Shown: positions 20,277-31,206 of the stretch, in pieces | Position numbering within the stretch: the stretch's first letter is position 1 | Layout of the letters: each line of letters starts with the position of its first letter | DNA from: an uncultured Hyphomicrobiales bacterium | GTDB taxonomy: Bacteria > Bacteroidota > Ignavibacteria > Kapaibacteriales > UBA2268 | Direction: 5' to 3' | DNA length: 64,000 bases | Assembly: GCA_964472015.1 (NCBI GenBank) | Contig: CAYYIP010000007.1 | Coordinates: 7,219 to 71,218 of the forward strand | The notes under the pieces: generated by a model | What the model was told of the DNA's origin: nothing | The model's input: the letters and a program-made list of their open reading frames with translations, nothing else | The model's database searches: none | Made by a program: the position numbers and the translations under genes

Positions 20277-21911
20277 ATGAAGAAGGATTTTAAATATCAA
20301 GCACCTTTTCCTATTGAAAGAGACAATACGGAATATGAACTTTTAACAAAAGATTTTGTTTCTATTAAGAATATGGATGAACAAGAAATTTTGGTGGTAA
20401 AACCAGAAGGGTTAACTTTTTTGTCTAATATTGCAATGAAGAATTGTGCTTTCTTTTTAAGGACAGAACATCAACAACAAGTTGCAGAGATATTAACGGA
20501 TCCAGAAGCGTCTGATAATGATAAATTTGTTGCGCTCACGATGCTTCTTAATGCAGATATTTCGGCTAAAGGTATATTACCATTTTGTCAAGATACTGGG
20601 ACGGCTACTATTGTTGCTAAAAAAGGTGATAATGTATGGACTGGAGGTGGGGATGAAGAAGCTATTTCAAAAGGAGTTTATAAAACTTATACAGAAGAGA
20701 ATTTAAGATATTCTCAAAATGTACCTATTAGTATGTATGAAGAGGTTAATACTGGTACAAATCTTCCGGCTCAAATAGATATTCAAGCAGTTGATGGAAA
20801 CGAATATAGTTTTTTATTTATTGCCAAAGGAGGTGGTTCATCTAATAAGACTTATTTATTTCAAGAATCTAAAGCTTTATTAACTCCTTCTGTCCTTGAA
20901 AAATTTTTAGTAGAGAAGATGAAGACATTAGGTACTGCTGCTTGTCCTCCTTATCATATTGCTTTTGTTATTGGCGGTACTTCTGCTGATGCTTGTATAA
21001 AGACTGCAAAATTAGCATCTGCTAAGTATTATGATGAATTACCAAAAACAGGGAATGAATTAGGACGTGCTTTTCGTGATGTTGAATTAGAGGAGAAAAT
21101 ATTAAAAGAGGCACAAAATTCTGGGTTAGGTGCACAATTTGGTGGTAAATATTTTGCTCATGATATTAGAATTATTAGATTGCCTAGACATGGTGCTTCC
21201 TGTTTTGTTGGTATGGCTGTTTCGTGTTCTGCTGATAGGAATGTGAAAGCTAAAATAAACAAAGATGGTATTTGGATTGAAAAGCTTGAGAAAAATCCGG
21301 CAAGATTTATTCCGAAAGAGTTTTTAATCGAGAAAGAGGATGAAGGTGTAAAAATTGATTTAAATCAACCTATGAAAGATATATTAAATGAATTAAGTAA
21401 ATATCCTGTTGCTACACGGTTATCACTATCTGGTACTATTGTTGTAGGACGTGATATTGCGCATGCTAAGTTGAAAGAAAAAATTGATAAGGGTGAAGGA
21501 TTACCTCAATATATAAAAGATCATCCTATTTATTATGCAGGTCCTGCAAAAACACCATTAGGAAAAGCATCAGGATCTTTTGGTCCTACTACTGCAGGTA
21601 GAATGGATGCATATGTTGACTTGTTTCAAAAAAATGGGGGAAGTATGATTATGATTGCGAAAGGTAATAGGAGCCAACAAGTTACAGATGCTTGTAAAAA
21701 ATACGGTGGTTTTTATTTAGGTTCTATTGGCGGACCTGCAGCTATTCTTGCAGAAAATAATATAACTAAAGTTGAATGTATTGAATATCCTGAACTTGGG
21801 ATGGAAGCTATTTGGAAAATTGAAGTTGTTGATTTCCCTGCTTTTATTCTTGTGGATGATAAAGGTAATGATTTTTTTAAACAAATAAAACCTCTTGATT
21901 GTAAGTGTTAA
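20277..21911 (+). CDS. Class I (Fe-S dependent) fumarate hydratase, single-chain alpha+beta form
   Basis: 544 aa; CQDTGTA motif and overall FumA / L(+)-tartrate dehydratase-like blocks. Confidence 0.8.
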   Translation: MKKDFKYQAPFPIERDNTEYELLTKDFVSIKNMDEQEILVVKPEGLTFLSNIAMKNCAFFLRTEHQQQVAEILTDPEASDNDKFVALTMLLNADISAKGILPFCQDTGTATIVAKKGDNVWTGGGDEEAISKGVYKTYTEENLRYSQNVPISMYEEVNTGTNLPAQIDIQAVDGNEYSFLFIAKGGGSSNKTYLFQESKALLTPSVLEKFLVEKMKTLGTAACPPYHIAFVIGGTSADACIKTAKLASAKYYDELPKTGNELGRAFRDVELEEKILKEAQNSGLGAQFGGKYFAHDIRIIRLPRHGASCFVGMAVSCSADRNVKAKINKDGIWIEKLEKNPARFIPKEFLIEKEDEGVKIDLNQPMKDILNELSKYPVATRLSLSGTIVVGRDIAHAKLKEKIDKGEGLPQYIKDHPIYYAGPAKTPLGKASGSFGPTTAGRMDAYVDLFQKNGGSMIMIAKGNRSQQVTDACKKYGGFYLGSIGGPAAILAENNITKVECIEYPELGMEAIWKIEVVDFPAFILVDDKGNDFFKQIKPLDCKC

Positions 21912-21970
21912 ATTATTTAATTAAAAAAATTAATCCCTGTTAAATATATATTTTAAGTATAATTAAAAAT

Positions 21971-22019
21971 AGAGACAAGTTTATATTTCATATAATTATT
22001 TACATATAAACTCGTCTCT
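21971..22019. promoter_or_regulatory. Long imperfect inverted repeat in the fumarate hydratase - ferredoxin intergenic region (16-bp arms, 17-nt spacer)
   Basis: agagacaagtttatat ... atataaactcgtctct, with one mismatch. Confidence 0.4.
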
Positions 22020-22212
22020 ATATAATGTATGTAATTAAATTAAGAAAATAAATAAAATAACTTTTTTGTTTTAATACATTTTTTTTGTAATTTAGTATAC
22101 ATTTAATTGCAATATCTAAATACAATGCAAAATTAGATAGAGAGTTTAAGTTTTTGCAATTAAGATATAATTAATTATTTAATATTTTTATTTCTTTAGG
22201 AGATAATAAAAA

Positions 22213-22404
22213 ATGGCTTATAAAGTTACTGACGAATGCATTAGTTGTGGTGCTTGTATTCCTGAATGCCCTGTAGGTGCTATTAGTGAAGGTGAAGAGC
22301 ATACAGAAATTGATCCATCAAAATGTGTTGAATGTAAAGGATATTTTGATGAATCACAGTGTTCGGCCACTTGTCCAGTAAGTGCTATTGTTAAAGCAGA
22401 ATAA
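22213..22404 (+). CDS. Ferredoxin (small 2-cluster Fe-S protein)
   Basis: CISCGACIPECP and CVECKGY..QCSATCP cysteine motifs; 63 aa. Confidence 0.85.
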   Translation: MAYKVTDECISCGACIPECPVGAISEGEEHTEIDPSKCVECKGYFDESQCSATCPVSAIVKAE

Positions 22405-22551
22405 ACTGCATGGATTAATTTTATAAAAATTATTTTAATAGGATGACTCTAAAAGGGTTATCCTTTTATTTTTTATATAAAGTAATACTCTATATTACAT
22501 AGAATTAAATTATATATTATATAATTTTTTATTATAAGTTTAAGTTATATT

Positions 22552-23664
22552 ATGAAACAAATATTTTTTAGATTAATTATTTTAGTAGTAATATTTTTTT
22601 CTATTGAAAGCTTTGCTTTGTCGCAATGTGATTCTAAATGTGGAGATTGTAATAATTCAACTTGTAATACACAATCGGATACTTCTAATATTAATTCTAA
22701 TATTAATGATATTAAAAATGATATTAAAAATAATGAGAGTAAAAATGAAAGTAATGAGATTTTGGAAGTAGATGAATTTGAAGAGTTTGAAGAATTTGAA
22801 GAGAGTGATACAGGAAGTGTTTCAACTATTGAAATTAAACATAGATTAAAATTTCCATTTTTTACGTTAATATTTACATTAATTGCAGGAATATTTGTTA
22901 GGCATAAAATATTACGTAATTATAGAAAAGTGTTTTTATTTTTTACACTTATATTTTTTGGATTTAGTGGTTATTATGCGGGACCATGTATTTGTCCAGT
23001 TGGGAATTTTCAAAACTTAGTAATTTTTGATGGTAATATAATAAATTATTTATTATATACTGCTTCTATATTAATACTTATACCACTCACATATTTTTTT
23101 GGGAAAGTATGGTGTGGTTGGGTATGCCATTTAGGTGGTCTACAAGAATTTTTATATACAAAAAATAAAATTAAGATATTAAAAGGTGAGAAAGCTCAAA
23201 AGATAATGAAGATAACCAGGATAATTTTAGTTCTTGTAATATTAATTCATGCAGCGGTTAATCAAGATAGGACTTTTTGTAATATAGATCCTTTTAAGGC
23301 TATTTTTTCTTTTGAGTTTGAAAGCACGCTTGTAATAGTTCTTAGTATTGTGATTATTTTATTATCTTTATTTATTTATCGTCCATTTTGCCGTTCTGTT
23401 TGTCCAATAGGAATATTGTTAGGATTAGTATCAAAAATTCCGTTTGCTTATAAAGTTAGATATATAGAGAATGCAGAGCATATAAGTTGTTGTAAGACTT
23501 GTGTAAATATGTGTTTTATGCAGGCAATTACAGAAGATGAAAATAATGCAAAAAATACAATAGATACAAAAAAGAAAATAGATGATTTTAATTGTATAAC
23601 CTGTGGGGAATGCTTTTCTAAATGTACAACAAAAGGTATTAAATTAACAAGTGAAAATAAATGA
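22552..23664 (+). CDS. Integral-membrane 4Fe-4S binding protein (NapH/MauN/CcoG-like polyferredoxin) with a Cys-rich, acidic low-complexity N-terminal region
   Basis: WCGWVCHLGG and FCRSVCPIG motifs in TM helices; C-terminal CCKTCVNMC and CITCGECFSKC; N-terminal CDSKCGDCNNSTC and EVDEFEEFEEFEESD. Confidence 0.6.
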   Translation: MKQIFFRLIILVVIFFSIESFALSQCDSKCGDCNNSTCNTQSDTSNINSNINDIKNDIKNNESKNESNEILEVDEFEEFEEFEESDTGSVSTIEIKHRLKFPFFTLIFTLIAGIFVRHKILRNYRKVFLFFTLIFFGFSGYYAGPCICPVGNFQNLVIFDGNIINYLLYTASILILIPLTYFFGKVWCGWVCHLGGLQEFLYTKNKIKILKGEKAQKIMKITRIILVLVILIHAAVNQDRTFCNIDPFKAIFSFEFESTLVIVLSIVIILLSLFIYRPFCRSVCPIGILLGLVSKIPFAYKVRYIENAEHISCCKTCVNMCFMQAITEDENNAKNTIDTKKKIDDFNCITCGECFSKCTTKGIKLTSENK

Positions 23665-25142
23665 TTAGAGATAAAATTAAAAATCTTGCCAGTGATACAT
23701 TGACTTATGGAATATTTCAAACATTAGGACGTTTTTTGTCCTTTATGTTAACTCCTTTATATTCTAATTATTTGACAAAAGCAGATAATGGAATTGTTGC
23801 TTATTTATTTGCGATTATAGCATTAGTTGTATATATTTATTCTTTTGGGATGGAAGCTTCTTTTTTTCGTTTCTTTGAAGCAGGAAATGAAAAAAACAAT
23901 AGAAAAGTTTTTTCAACTTCTTTTTTTACTATCGTCTTAGTTAGTTTATTTTTTACAGTACTAATATTAATATTTTCGGCACCATTATCTGAATCTATTA
24001 TCGGTGATTTTGAAAATGCTCATTTGATATTACAAATAGCTGCTTTAATTCCTTTTTTTGATATGCTAATGGTTATTCCTTATGGTAAATTGCGTATGCA
24101 ACATAGGGTAAAACAATTTGCTATAACTAGATTTTGTATTATTTTGCTTGCAGTAATCTTAAATATTATATTTTTGATGTATACAGAATTAGGAACATTA
24201 GGCGTATTTGCTGCGCAGCTTATAGCATCAGTTTGTGGTGCTTGTATTTTCTTACCTGAAGTTATTAAAACATTAGACTTAAGTTTTGATAAAGTGCTTT
24301 TTAAGAATATGTTAAAATTTGGGTTTCCTACAATCCCAGCTAGTTTATCTACAGTTGCAATGCAGATGTTAGACAGACCTATTATGAAAATATTTATCAG
24401 TGATGAAAAAATTGGACTTTATCAAATTAATGCTAAGTTAGCAATTCCTATGATGTTAATGGTTACTATTTTTGATTATTCTTGGCGACCTTTTTATCTT
24501 TCTCATTATAAAGACGAAGATGCACCTGTTCTTTTCGGACGTGTTTTGACATATTTTACATTGCTTTGTGCCGGTATATTTTTAACAGCATCTTTATTTA
24601 TAGAAAATATAGTTCGTATTCCTTTATGGGGGGGGAAATTTTTTATCCATCCTGCTTATTGGGAAGCTATGTATATAGTTCCTATATTATTATTTGGATA
24701 TTTTTTATCCGGTGTTACCAATATTTTTTCTGCTGTTTTTCATATAGAAAAAAAGACAAAATATCTTCCTCTTGCTATTTCTATTGCTGCAATAGTTAGT
24801 ATTGTATTGAATTTTATTTTAATTCCAAAATTTGGATTTATAGGAGCGGCAATTGCTCTTGTTATTGCTTATTTTTCAGGTGCTGCTTTAATGAAATTTT
24901 ATCAATCAAAAGTTAAATTCAAAGTAAATTACGAATGGCATAGAATATTATTAATATTTGTTGCAACTATAATAATTTTTGTTGTTGGTAGTTATATTAA
25001 ATGCTTGTTTAATATATATGTATCCTTTATTTTGAAGTTTTTATTAATGGGAGTTTTTATACTTTTATTAAGAATTTTAGGATTTTTTACTAAAAGTGAA
25101 TTACAATTTTTGAAAAATTTTATTAGAGTAGTTAAAAAGTAG
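23661..25142 (+). CDS. Polysaccharide biosynthesis / oligosaccharide flippase family protein (Wzx/PST-type, about 12-14 TM)
   Basis: 493 aa, highly hydrophobic and multi-TM. ATGA overlap with the upstream gene. Confidence 0.55.
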   Translation: MIRDKIKNLASDTLTYGIFQTLGRFLSFMLTPLYSNYLTKADNGIVAYLFAIIALVVYIYSFGMEASFFRFFEAGNEKNNRKVFSTSFFTIVLVSLFFTVLILIFSAPLSESIIGDFENAHLILQIAALIPFFDMLMVIPYGKLRMQHRVKQFAITRFCIILLAVILNIIFLMYTELGTLGVFAAQLIASVCGACIFLPEVIKTLDLSFDKVLFKNMLKFGFPTIPASLSTVAMQMLDRPIMKIFISDEKIGLYQINAKLAIPMMLMVTIFDYSWRPFYLSHYKDEDAPVLFGRVLTYFTLLCAGIFLTASLFIENIVRIPLWGGKFFIHPAYWEAMYIVPILLFGYFLSGVTNIFSAVFHIEKKTKYLPLAISIAAIVSIVLNFILIPKFGFIGAAIALVIAYFSGAALMKFYQSKVKFKVNYEWHRILLIFVATIIIFVVGSYIKCLFNIYVSFILKFLLMGVFILLLRILGFFTKSELQFLKNFIRVVKK

Positions 25143-25192
25143 TTGTTATAAATTGAGTTTTATAAAGATATTAATTTGGAACTAATAAATTT

Positions 25193-25714
25193 TTAATATG
25201 CTGAGTCATCTTTCCATAAAGATAATTTCCAAGCTGACGAAGTATCCGGTCGTTTCAAATAAAGGTTGGCTTTTCCATATATTCTTACTATATCAGATGT
25301 TGAAAATATTATTGAAAGATTAAAACTACGTGTAATATATAATTTCAGACTATCACCTGATTGAGAGATTATATCATTCCATATTAAATCTAAATTTTGT
25401 GCAGCCATAAATAATCTATATGTTGAATGTAGGTCTTCTTTACGACTCCAACTTACGTCTATTCCTGCATCATAATTTCTATATGAAAATATAAAATCAT
25501 CATCAAGTAAATTACTATATGTGATTGTATCTTTAAAATTATAAGAATATTGAAAATTTTTAAAAAATCCATCTATTGTTTTTGGGTCTCCTAATAAATT
25601 ATTATATGAATTATCAAGAGTTATTGCAGGTGCGAAAGGATTTACACAAGAATTATGTATTAGTATTATCAATATAAATATAAAACATTTTAATAGTTTT
25701 TTATACATAATCAA
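25193..25714 (-). CDS. Hypothetical lipoprotein
   Basis: Signal peptide with a lipobox-like ..IHNSC. Confidence 0.45.
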   Translation of the reverse strand: MIMYKKLLKCFIFILIILIHNSCVNPFAPAITLDNSYNNLLGDPKTIDGFFKNFQYSYNFKDTITYSNLLDDDFIFSYRNYDAGIDVSWSRKEDLHSTYRLFMAAQNLDLIWNDIISQSGDSLKLYITRSFNLSIIFSTSDIVRIYGKANLYLKRPDTSSAWKLSLWKDDSAY

Positions 25715-25898
25715 TTTGATTTTTAATTTTAAATATACATATATTATTATTTTTAATAATATAATACTTAGTATAAAAAATAACTATGTTAATATAGAAA
25801 TATAATAGATATTATATATATAATAAAATAATATTATCTAATTTTAAAGTTAGATAATATTAATTTATTATTTAAAGTCTCATTTTTTAATACAAAAA

Positions 25899-26447
25899 TT
25901 AGGTAATAGATTCTATTTTTTCTATTTTATCAATCCCGTCAGATGGACATTTTTGATGTATTTTATATGATGCTGATAAAGTAGTAATAGGAACCGCTAA
26001 CAATCTTTCTTTAGCTATTAAGCAATTACAAACTCTACATATTCCATAAGTTTTGTTTTCTATGCGTACTAATGCTTCATTTAACTTTTGTATATATTCA
26101 GTTATTCTTTGAACTTGTGCATAAGTTTTTTCTTTTTCTAAAGCTTCTGAGCCTTGTTCACCCATATGATCAGAATATACCATTGTATCTTCAATAGATG
26201 TGTTTTTTGTTAAGTCGTATAATCGTTCTTTTAACATTCTAAGTTCATCTATTGCTTCTATCTTATTCATTTCTATTACAGAACGAAAAGTAGTAAGATC
26301 TTTATCAGAATAACGTAAGAATTTATTACTTTTAGCTTCTGAAGTTTCACCAACATCTTGATCTTTTAGTTCATGATCAATTGGCATAAGAATTTGTGGT
26401 TCTATATTCTTTACTTTTTTAGTCTTCTTCGAGGTCTTTGCTGGCAT
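25899..26447 (-). CDS. DksA/TraR-family C4-type zinc-finger protein with an extended N-terminal coiled-coil region
   Basis: C-terminal YGICRVCNCLIAKERLLAVPITTL...HQKC resembles the DksA/TraR finger (YG.C..C...I...RL.A.P). Confidence 0.55.
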   Translation of the reverse strand: MPAKTSKKTKKVKNIEPQILMPIDHELKDQDVGETSEAKSNKFLRYSDKDLTTFRSVIEMNKIEAIDELRMLKERLYDLTKNTSIEDTMVYSDHMGEQGSEALEKEKTYAQVQRITEYIQKLNEALVRIENKTYGICRVCNCLIAKERLLAVPITTLSASYKIHQKCPSDGIDKIEKIESIT

Positions 26448-26926
26448 AATTCTTTTCTCCTTTGTTTAAATTATAATTAAAGTTATTTTAATTTTTAATT
26501 ATAGTAATTAATTTTTATTGTAAATCTTTAATATCTAAACTTTTAAAATACAAAAAAATTATGAAATAATTGCAAAATAAATATTATATTTTTATAAAAG
26601 TTAATATTAAAATAATTAATAGAATTATTAATACTAACCTTTTATATATATAAAATTATTTACAATAGTACAATATAGTTTATTTTAATGTATTAATATT
26701 TTAAATACAATATACTATTTTTATATATAATTTTACTTATTCTTGTTAATTATTATTTAAAATAATTTTAAATATAAATATTTTTTATATAAAAATATAA
26801 TTTTATTTTTATTATCTTTGTTATATTTAAATATTCTATAAATTTATATATTCTATAAGTTTATATATTCTATATAGGTTATGATGATAAGTATTACAAT
26901 AAGATTATATTTTTAAGGAGTTTTTT

Positions 26927-28234
26927 ATGAGTTTTTTTAAAAAATTAAAAGAAAAAATAGGTGAAAAAGCTATAGAAAAAGATTATGATGTAAATAAAAG
27001 TTTAGATAATAAAGAGTCGGAAGTATTAAATCCTCAAAACTATTCAATTCAAGATGAAGAAACACAAACAGTTTCAGAAACAAGTGAAGATTTTCAAGAA
27101 AACATAGTTGAAAATATAAACTCAAATGTTATTGATATTGAAAACGAAACATCTGTTGAATTAGACGAAGTTTCGTATGCAGAAAATTATCAAGTTAATC
27201 GTAGTGAAAATGAAAAAAAGTCTTTTTTTAAAAAGTTCTTTGATAAAACAACAGATGCAGTAAAAACTACATTTGGTTATGAAAAAATCAAAGAAGGATT
27301 AACAAAAACAAGGAAGAATTTTTCTGATAATTTACGTAAGGTTCTTGGTGTAGGTAAGAAAATAGATTCGGGTTTACTTGATAATATAGAAGAGCTTTTA
27401 ATAACGTCTGATATTGGCGTTGATACTACTGAGCAAATTATTAATTCTTTGAAAAATAGAATAAAAAAGGAAAATTTTGAAAATTCTGAAGATTTATATA
27501 AAATATTAAAAGAAGAAATTAGTAAAATACTTATTACGTCATCTTCTGCAAAGAATGACAGTCTTTATGAAATAGATGTTGATAAAAAGCCTTATGTTAT
27601 TTTAGTTATTGGAGTTAATGGTGTTGGTAAGACAACAACGATAGGTAAATTAGCTTATAATTATAAAAATGCGGGGAAAAATGTAATTATTGGGGCATCT
27701 GATACTTTTAGAGCTGCTGCAAATGAACAATTAGAAATATGGGCTGATCGTGCTGGCGTAGATATTGTTCGCCAACAGTCAGGGGCGGATCCTGCAGCAG
27801 TTGCTTATGATACACTAAAATCTGCTCAGGCAAAGAACAAGGATGTAGTAATTATTGATACTGCAGGGCGTTTACATAATAAAACTCATTTAATGTCGGA
27901 ATTAGATAAGATATCGAGAGTATTAAAAAAACTTAAAGAAACTGCGCCGGATGAAGTATATTTAATTTTAGATGCAACAACAGGACAAAATGCTATATTT
28001 CAGGCGAAAGAATTTGAAAAAGTTGCACCAATCACAGGAATTATTTTAACTAAATTAGATGGAACTGCAAAAGGTGGTGTTGTTATTCCTATTGCAAATG
28101 AATTAAAAATCCCTGTTAGATATGTAGGAGTTGGTGAAAAAATTGATGATTTACAAGTTTTTTCTGCTCAAAATTTTGTAGATGCTTTATTTGAATCTTC
28201 TGAAGAAAAAATAGAAACGGATAATATTAATTAA
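26927..28234 (+). CDS. ftsY: Signal recognition particle receptor FtsY
   Basis: Acidic N-domain; GVNGVGKTTTIGKLA (P-loop), DTAGR, TKLDGTAKGG. Confidence 0.9.
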   Translation: MSFFKKLKEKIGEKAIEKDYDVNKSLDNKESEVLNPQNYSIQDEETQTVSETSEDFQENIVENINSNVIDIENETSVELDEVSYAENYQVNRSENEKKSFFKKFFDKTTDAVKTTFGYEKIKEGLTKTRKNFSDNLRKVLGVGKKIDSGLLDNIEELLITSDIGVDTTEQIINSLKNRIKKENFENSEDLYKILKEEISKILITSSSAKNDSLYEIDVDKKPYVILVIGVNGVGKTTTIGKLAYNYKNAGKNVIIGASDTFRAAANEQLEIWADRAGVDIVRQQSGADPAAVAYDTLKSAQAKNKDVVIIDTAGRLHNKTHLMSELDKISRVLKKLKETAPDEVYLILDATTGQNAIFQAKEFEKVAPITGIILTKLDGTAKGGVVIPIANELKIPVRYVGVGEKIDDLQVFSAQNFVDALFESSEEKIETDNIN

Positions 28235-28349
28235 CAATTAACTAATTATATATTTTAATAATTTTAAATAAAAAAGTATTATATAATAACTGATAATATA
28301 ATAAATAATATAATAATTTATATTTAACTGTCACAAATATAAAGTATAT

Positions 28350-29513
28350 ATGAAAGAAGCTCAAGATTTTAATGTACAAAATAACAAAGGACATATAGAC
28401 TGGATTATTTTTATTCCAGTTGTTGGATTAATGTTGTTTTCATTAGTTTTTGTTTATAGTGCTAGTGCACCTTTCTCTGCAGCAAAATATCAGGATGTTG
28501 GGAAAATATTTTTTGACCATTTAATAAGAGTTATTTTAGGATTAATAACGTTACTTATTTTTTCAAAAATAGATTATCATGTTTATAAAAAAGCAGCAAG
28601 ACCTATATTTTATTTTGGATTAATACTATTAGTTGCAGTTTTATTTACGGAAGAAGTAAATGGAGCAAAGAGATGGTTGAATTTTAAAATAATTAGTATT
28701 CAACCTGTTGAATTTATGAAATTTGCTATGATTATATATTTTTCTCATTTATTAGTAGAGAAGCAAAAAGTAATAAAAGATTTTCAAGATGGTTTTTTGC
28801 CTTTTATTATTTGGACAGTAATTATTTGTGTTTTAATTGCCCTTCAGCCAAATTTCTCAAATTTGATTTTAATATTTGTTATTTCTTTGGCTATGATGTT
28901 TATAGGTAATGTTAATTTATTATATTTAATACTTGTTAGTTTTATTGGAAGTATTCTAGTTGGAATATATGCAGTTTCTGCTCAATACAGGGTAAATAGA
29001 CTTATGTCTTTTTTTGATAGTGACTTATCGCCATCTGTAATAGGTTATCAATCGCAACAAGCTTTAATTGCTTTGGGAAATGGGGGGTTTTTTGGACTTG
29101 GACCGGGACAGAGTAAACAGAATCATTTATTTTTGCCTGAATCTCATGTAGATTTTATATTTTCAATAATTGGGGAAGAATATGGGTTTATAGGATTATT
29201 TATTATAGTTGTGATATTTGCAGTAATATTGTGGCGGAGTATGTTAATTGCAAAAAAAGCACCTGATAATTTTGGATATTTTCTTGCTATTGGGATAGTA
29301 ATTACTTTAGCAGTTTACTTTGTTGTTAATGCAGCGGTTAATACTGCTTTATTACCAACAACGGGGATTCCGCTTCCTTTTATAAGTTATGGAGGAACGG
29401 CTATATTAATTTATTCTGCGGTTGCTGGTATTTTACTTAATATATCGTCGCAAGCAAATATATATCCAATTGAAAGTAATGTTAGTAAATTGAAATCTGA
29501 AAAAAATATATAA
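28350..29513 (+). CDS. SEDS-family peptidoglycan glycosyltransferase (FtsW/RodA)
   Basis: About 10 TM; blocks of the FtsW/RodA/SpoVE family (PESHTDFIFS, YGFIG). Confidence 0.75.
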   Translation: MKEAQDFNVQNNKGHIDWIIFIPVVGLMLFSLVFVYSASAPFSAAKYQDVGKIFFDHLIRVILGLITLLIFSKIDYHVYKKAARPIFYFGLILLVAVLFTEEVNGAKRWLNFKIISIQPVEFMKFAMIIYFSHLLVEKQKVIKDFQDGFLPFIIWTVIICVLIALQPNFSNLILIFVISLAMMFIGNVNLLYLILVSFIGSILVGIYAVSAQYRVNRLMSFFDSDLSPSVIGYQSQQALIALGNGGFFGLGPGQSKQNHLFLPESHVDFIFSIIGEEYGFIGLFIIVVIFAVILWRSMLIAKKAPDNFGYFLAIGIVITLAVYFVVNAAVNTALLPTTGIPLPFISYGGTAILIYSAVAGILLNISSQANIYPIESNVSKLKSEKNI

Positions 29514-29543
29514 AAATCTTAAGAAATAAAAAGGAGATTTATA

Positions 29544-29807
29544 ATGACTAGAATAATGAATATATTACTTATTTGTTTATTAATAATTGTTGCAGTTTGG
29601 AGTATATATACACAAAAATGGTTAATTTTAATTAGTAATTTGTGTATTGTATCGGGTGTTCTTATTGATAGTAAAACTACTAAATTATTAATGAAAGAGA
29701 ATACTAATATAGACAAAATAAAAAAAATCAAAAAAATACCTATGTACCTATATTTTATAGGAGCTATTGCTTTAATAATTTATGGAATTACTACATTTAT
29801 GAATTAA
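29544..29807 (+). CDS. Small hypothetical membrane protein
   Basis: Three hydrophobic segments and a good RBS-like context (aaaggagattt). It is also overlapped by an antisense ORF (29519..29731, -), hence the low confidence. Confidence 0.35.
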   Translation: MTRIMNILLICLLIIVAVWSIYTQKWLILISNLCIVSGVLIDSKTTKLLMKENTNIDKIKKIKKIPMYLYFIGAIALIIYGITTFMN

Positions 29808-29880
29808 TAATATTTTATTTAATTTTTTATATAGAATTTTTATATAGAATAATATAATAAATATAAAAGTAAATGTTTTT

Positions 29881-31206
29881 TTATTGTATTAAGGTTGCGT
29901 TAACTGTATAATTGTTATTATTGCTATTTATACTATTTAATTGTATCTTATAAAAATCATTATTTAAGCTTTTGTTATATTTTAATATAATTGGTATATA
30001 GTTTTCTGTATGTCCTATTATTATATATTTTTCTTTTTCTATATTAGATTTTTCTGGTAATAAAGTTAAAATATTATTTAAATTTTTTTCATAATATTGT
30101 TTTGTTTTTTGCTTTGATATTTTTAGCAATTCATTAATTCTATATTTTTTTGTTATATTATCTACTTGTCCGAGCATAGTATAGGCTTCTGTATTATCTC
30201 TTTTTGAAAAAGAGAAGCAATGTAAATAAGTTATATTTAATGAATTTATAAAATTATAAGTTTCTTCAAATAAATTGTTATTTTCTGTTGGGAAACCGAT
30301 TATTACATCAAGTCCTATAGATGCATTAGGCATATAAGAATTAATCAACTCTATATATTTTCTAAACTTATCTGTGTTATATCGTCTACGCATCTTTTTT
30401 AATATTTCGTCGCATCCACTTTGTAATGGAATATGAAAATGAGGGCATATATTTTTTGAATTAATTATAATATCTAACAATTCATTTGTAATAATATGTG
30501 GTTCAATAGAAGATATTCTAAATCTCAATGATAATTCTAATTTTGAGATTAGTTTTAATATATCATAAAAATTTTTATTATTATAATTATAGTCACTAAG
30601 ATTTATACCTGTTAATACAATTTCTTTAAATCCAGAATTATATATTTCTTTTATTTGTGGAAGGATATTATCAAAGTTTATGCTACGTGAATTTCCTCTT
30701 GCTAGTGGTATAGTACAATATGAACATTTATAATTACATCCATCTTGTAATTTTATAATAGCTCTTGTTCGCGATTCACTATCGCCAGAATATGCATAAT
30801 CAAATTTATTAACGATTGGAGACACAAATATCTTACTATTGTATTTATTATTTAAGATATTTTTATTTTGTATTTTTTCTTGAATTATTTGTGCAATATT
30901 AAATTTTTCATTGATTCCAAATACCGCATCAGCTTCTGTATTTTTTATTATTTCCTCCGGGTTAAGTTGTGCGTAGCATCCGAGGACACCAATAAAAGAA
31001 TTTGGATTAATTTTTCTAACTCGTCTGATTAACTTTCTTGAATCGGCAGCTGCCTTATTTGTTACACTACAAGTGTTAATTAATACAATATCTGAATCTT
31101 CTATTTTATCATTAATTATATAGTTTAAATTTTTAAAAATTTCTTTTAGACGAGATAATTCTACAAAATTGACTTTGCAACCTATATTTATAAAATGTAT
31201 TTTCAT
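29881..31206 (-). CDS. Radical SAM methylthiotransferase of the MiaB/RimO/MtaB family, most like MtaB
   Basis: N-terminal MTTase domain (INTCSVTNKAAADSR) and radical-SAM motif CNYKCSYCTIP. Confidence 0.8.
   Translation of the reverse strand: MKIHFINIGCKVNFVELSRLKEIFKNLNYIINDKIEDSDIVLINTCSVTNKAAADSRKLIRRVRKINPNSFIGVLGCYAQLNPEEIIKNTEADAVFGINEKFNIAQIIQEKIQNKNILNNKYNSKIFVSPIVNKFDYAYSGDSESRTRAIIKLQDGCNYKCSYCTIPLARGNSRSINFDNILPQIKEIYNSGFKEIVLTGINLSDYNYNNKNFYDILKLISKLELSLRFRISSIEPHIITNELLDIIINSKNICPHFHIPLQSGCDEILKKMRRRYNTDKFRKYIELINSYMPNASIGLDVIIGFPTENNNLFEETYNFINSLNITYLHCFSFSKRDNTEAYTMLGQVDNITKKYRINELLKISKQKTKQYYEKNLNNILTLLPEKSNIEKEKYIIIGHTENYIPIILKYNKSLNNDFYKIQLNSINSNNNNYTVNATLIQ

Noticed and set aside
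20518-20706. Small internal or antisense ORFs (for example 20518..20706, 24566..24799, 13262..13501, 16496..16684, 60390..60572, 63579..63848, 46645..46905, 47649..47915)
   Set aside because: Each is fully embedded in, or antisense to, a long well-supported CDS. They have low-complexity translations and no supporting start context.
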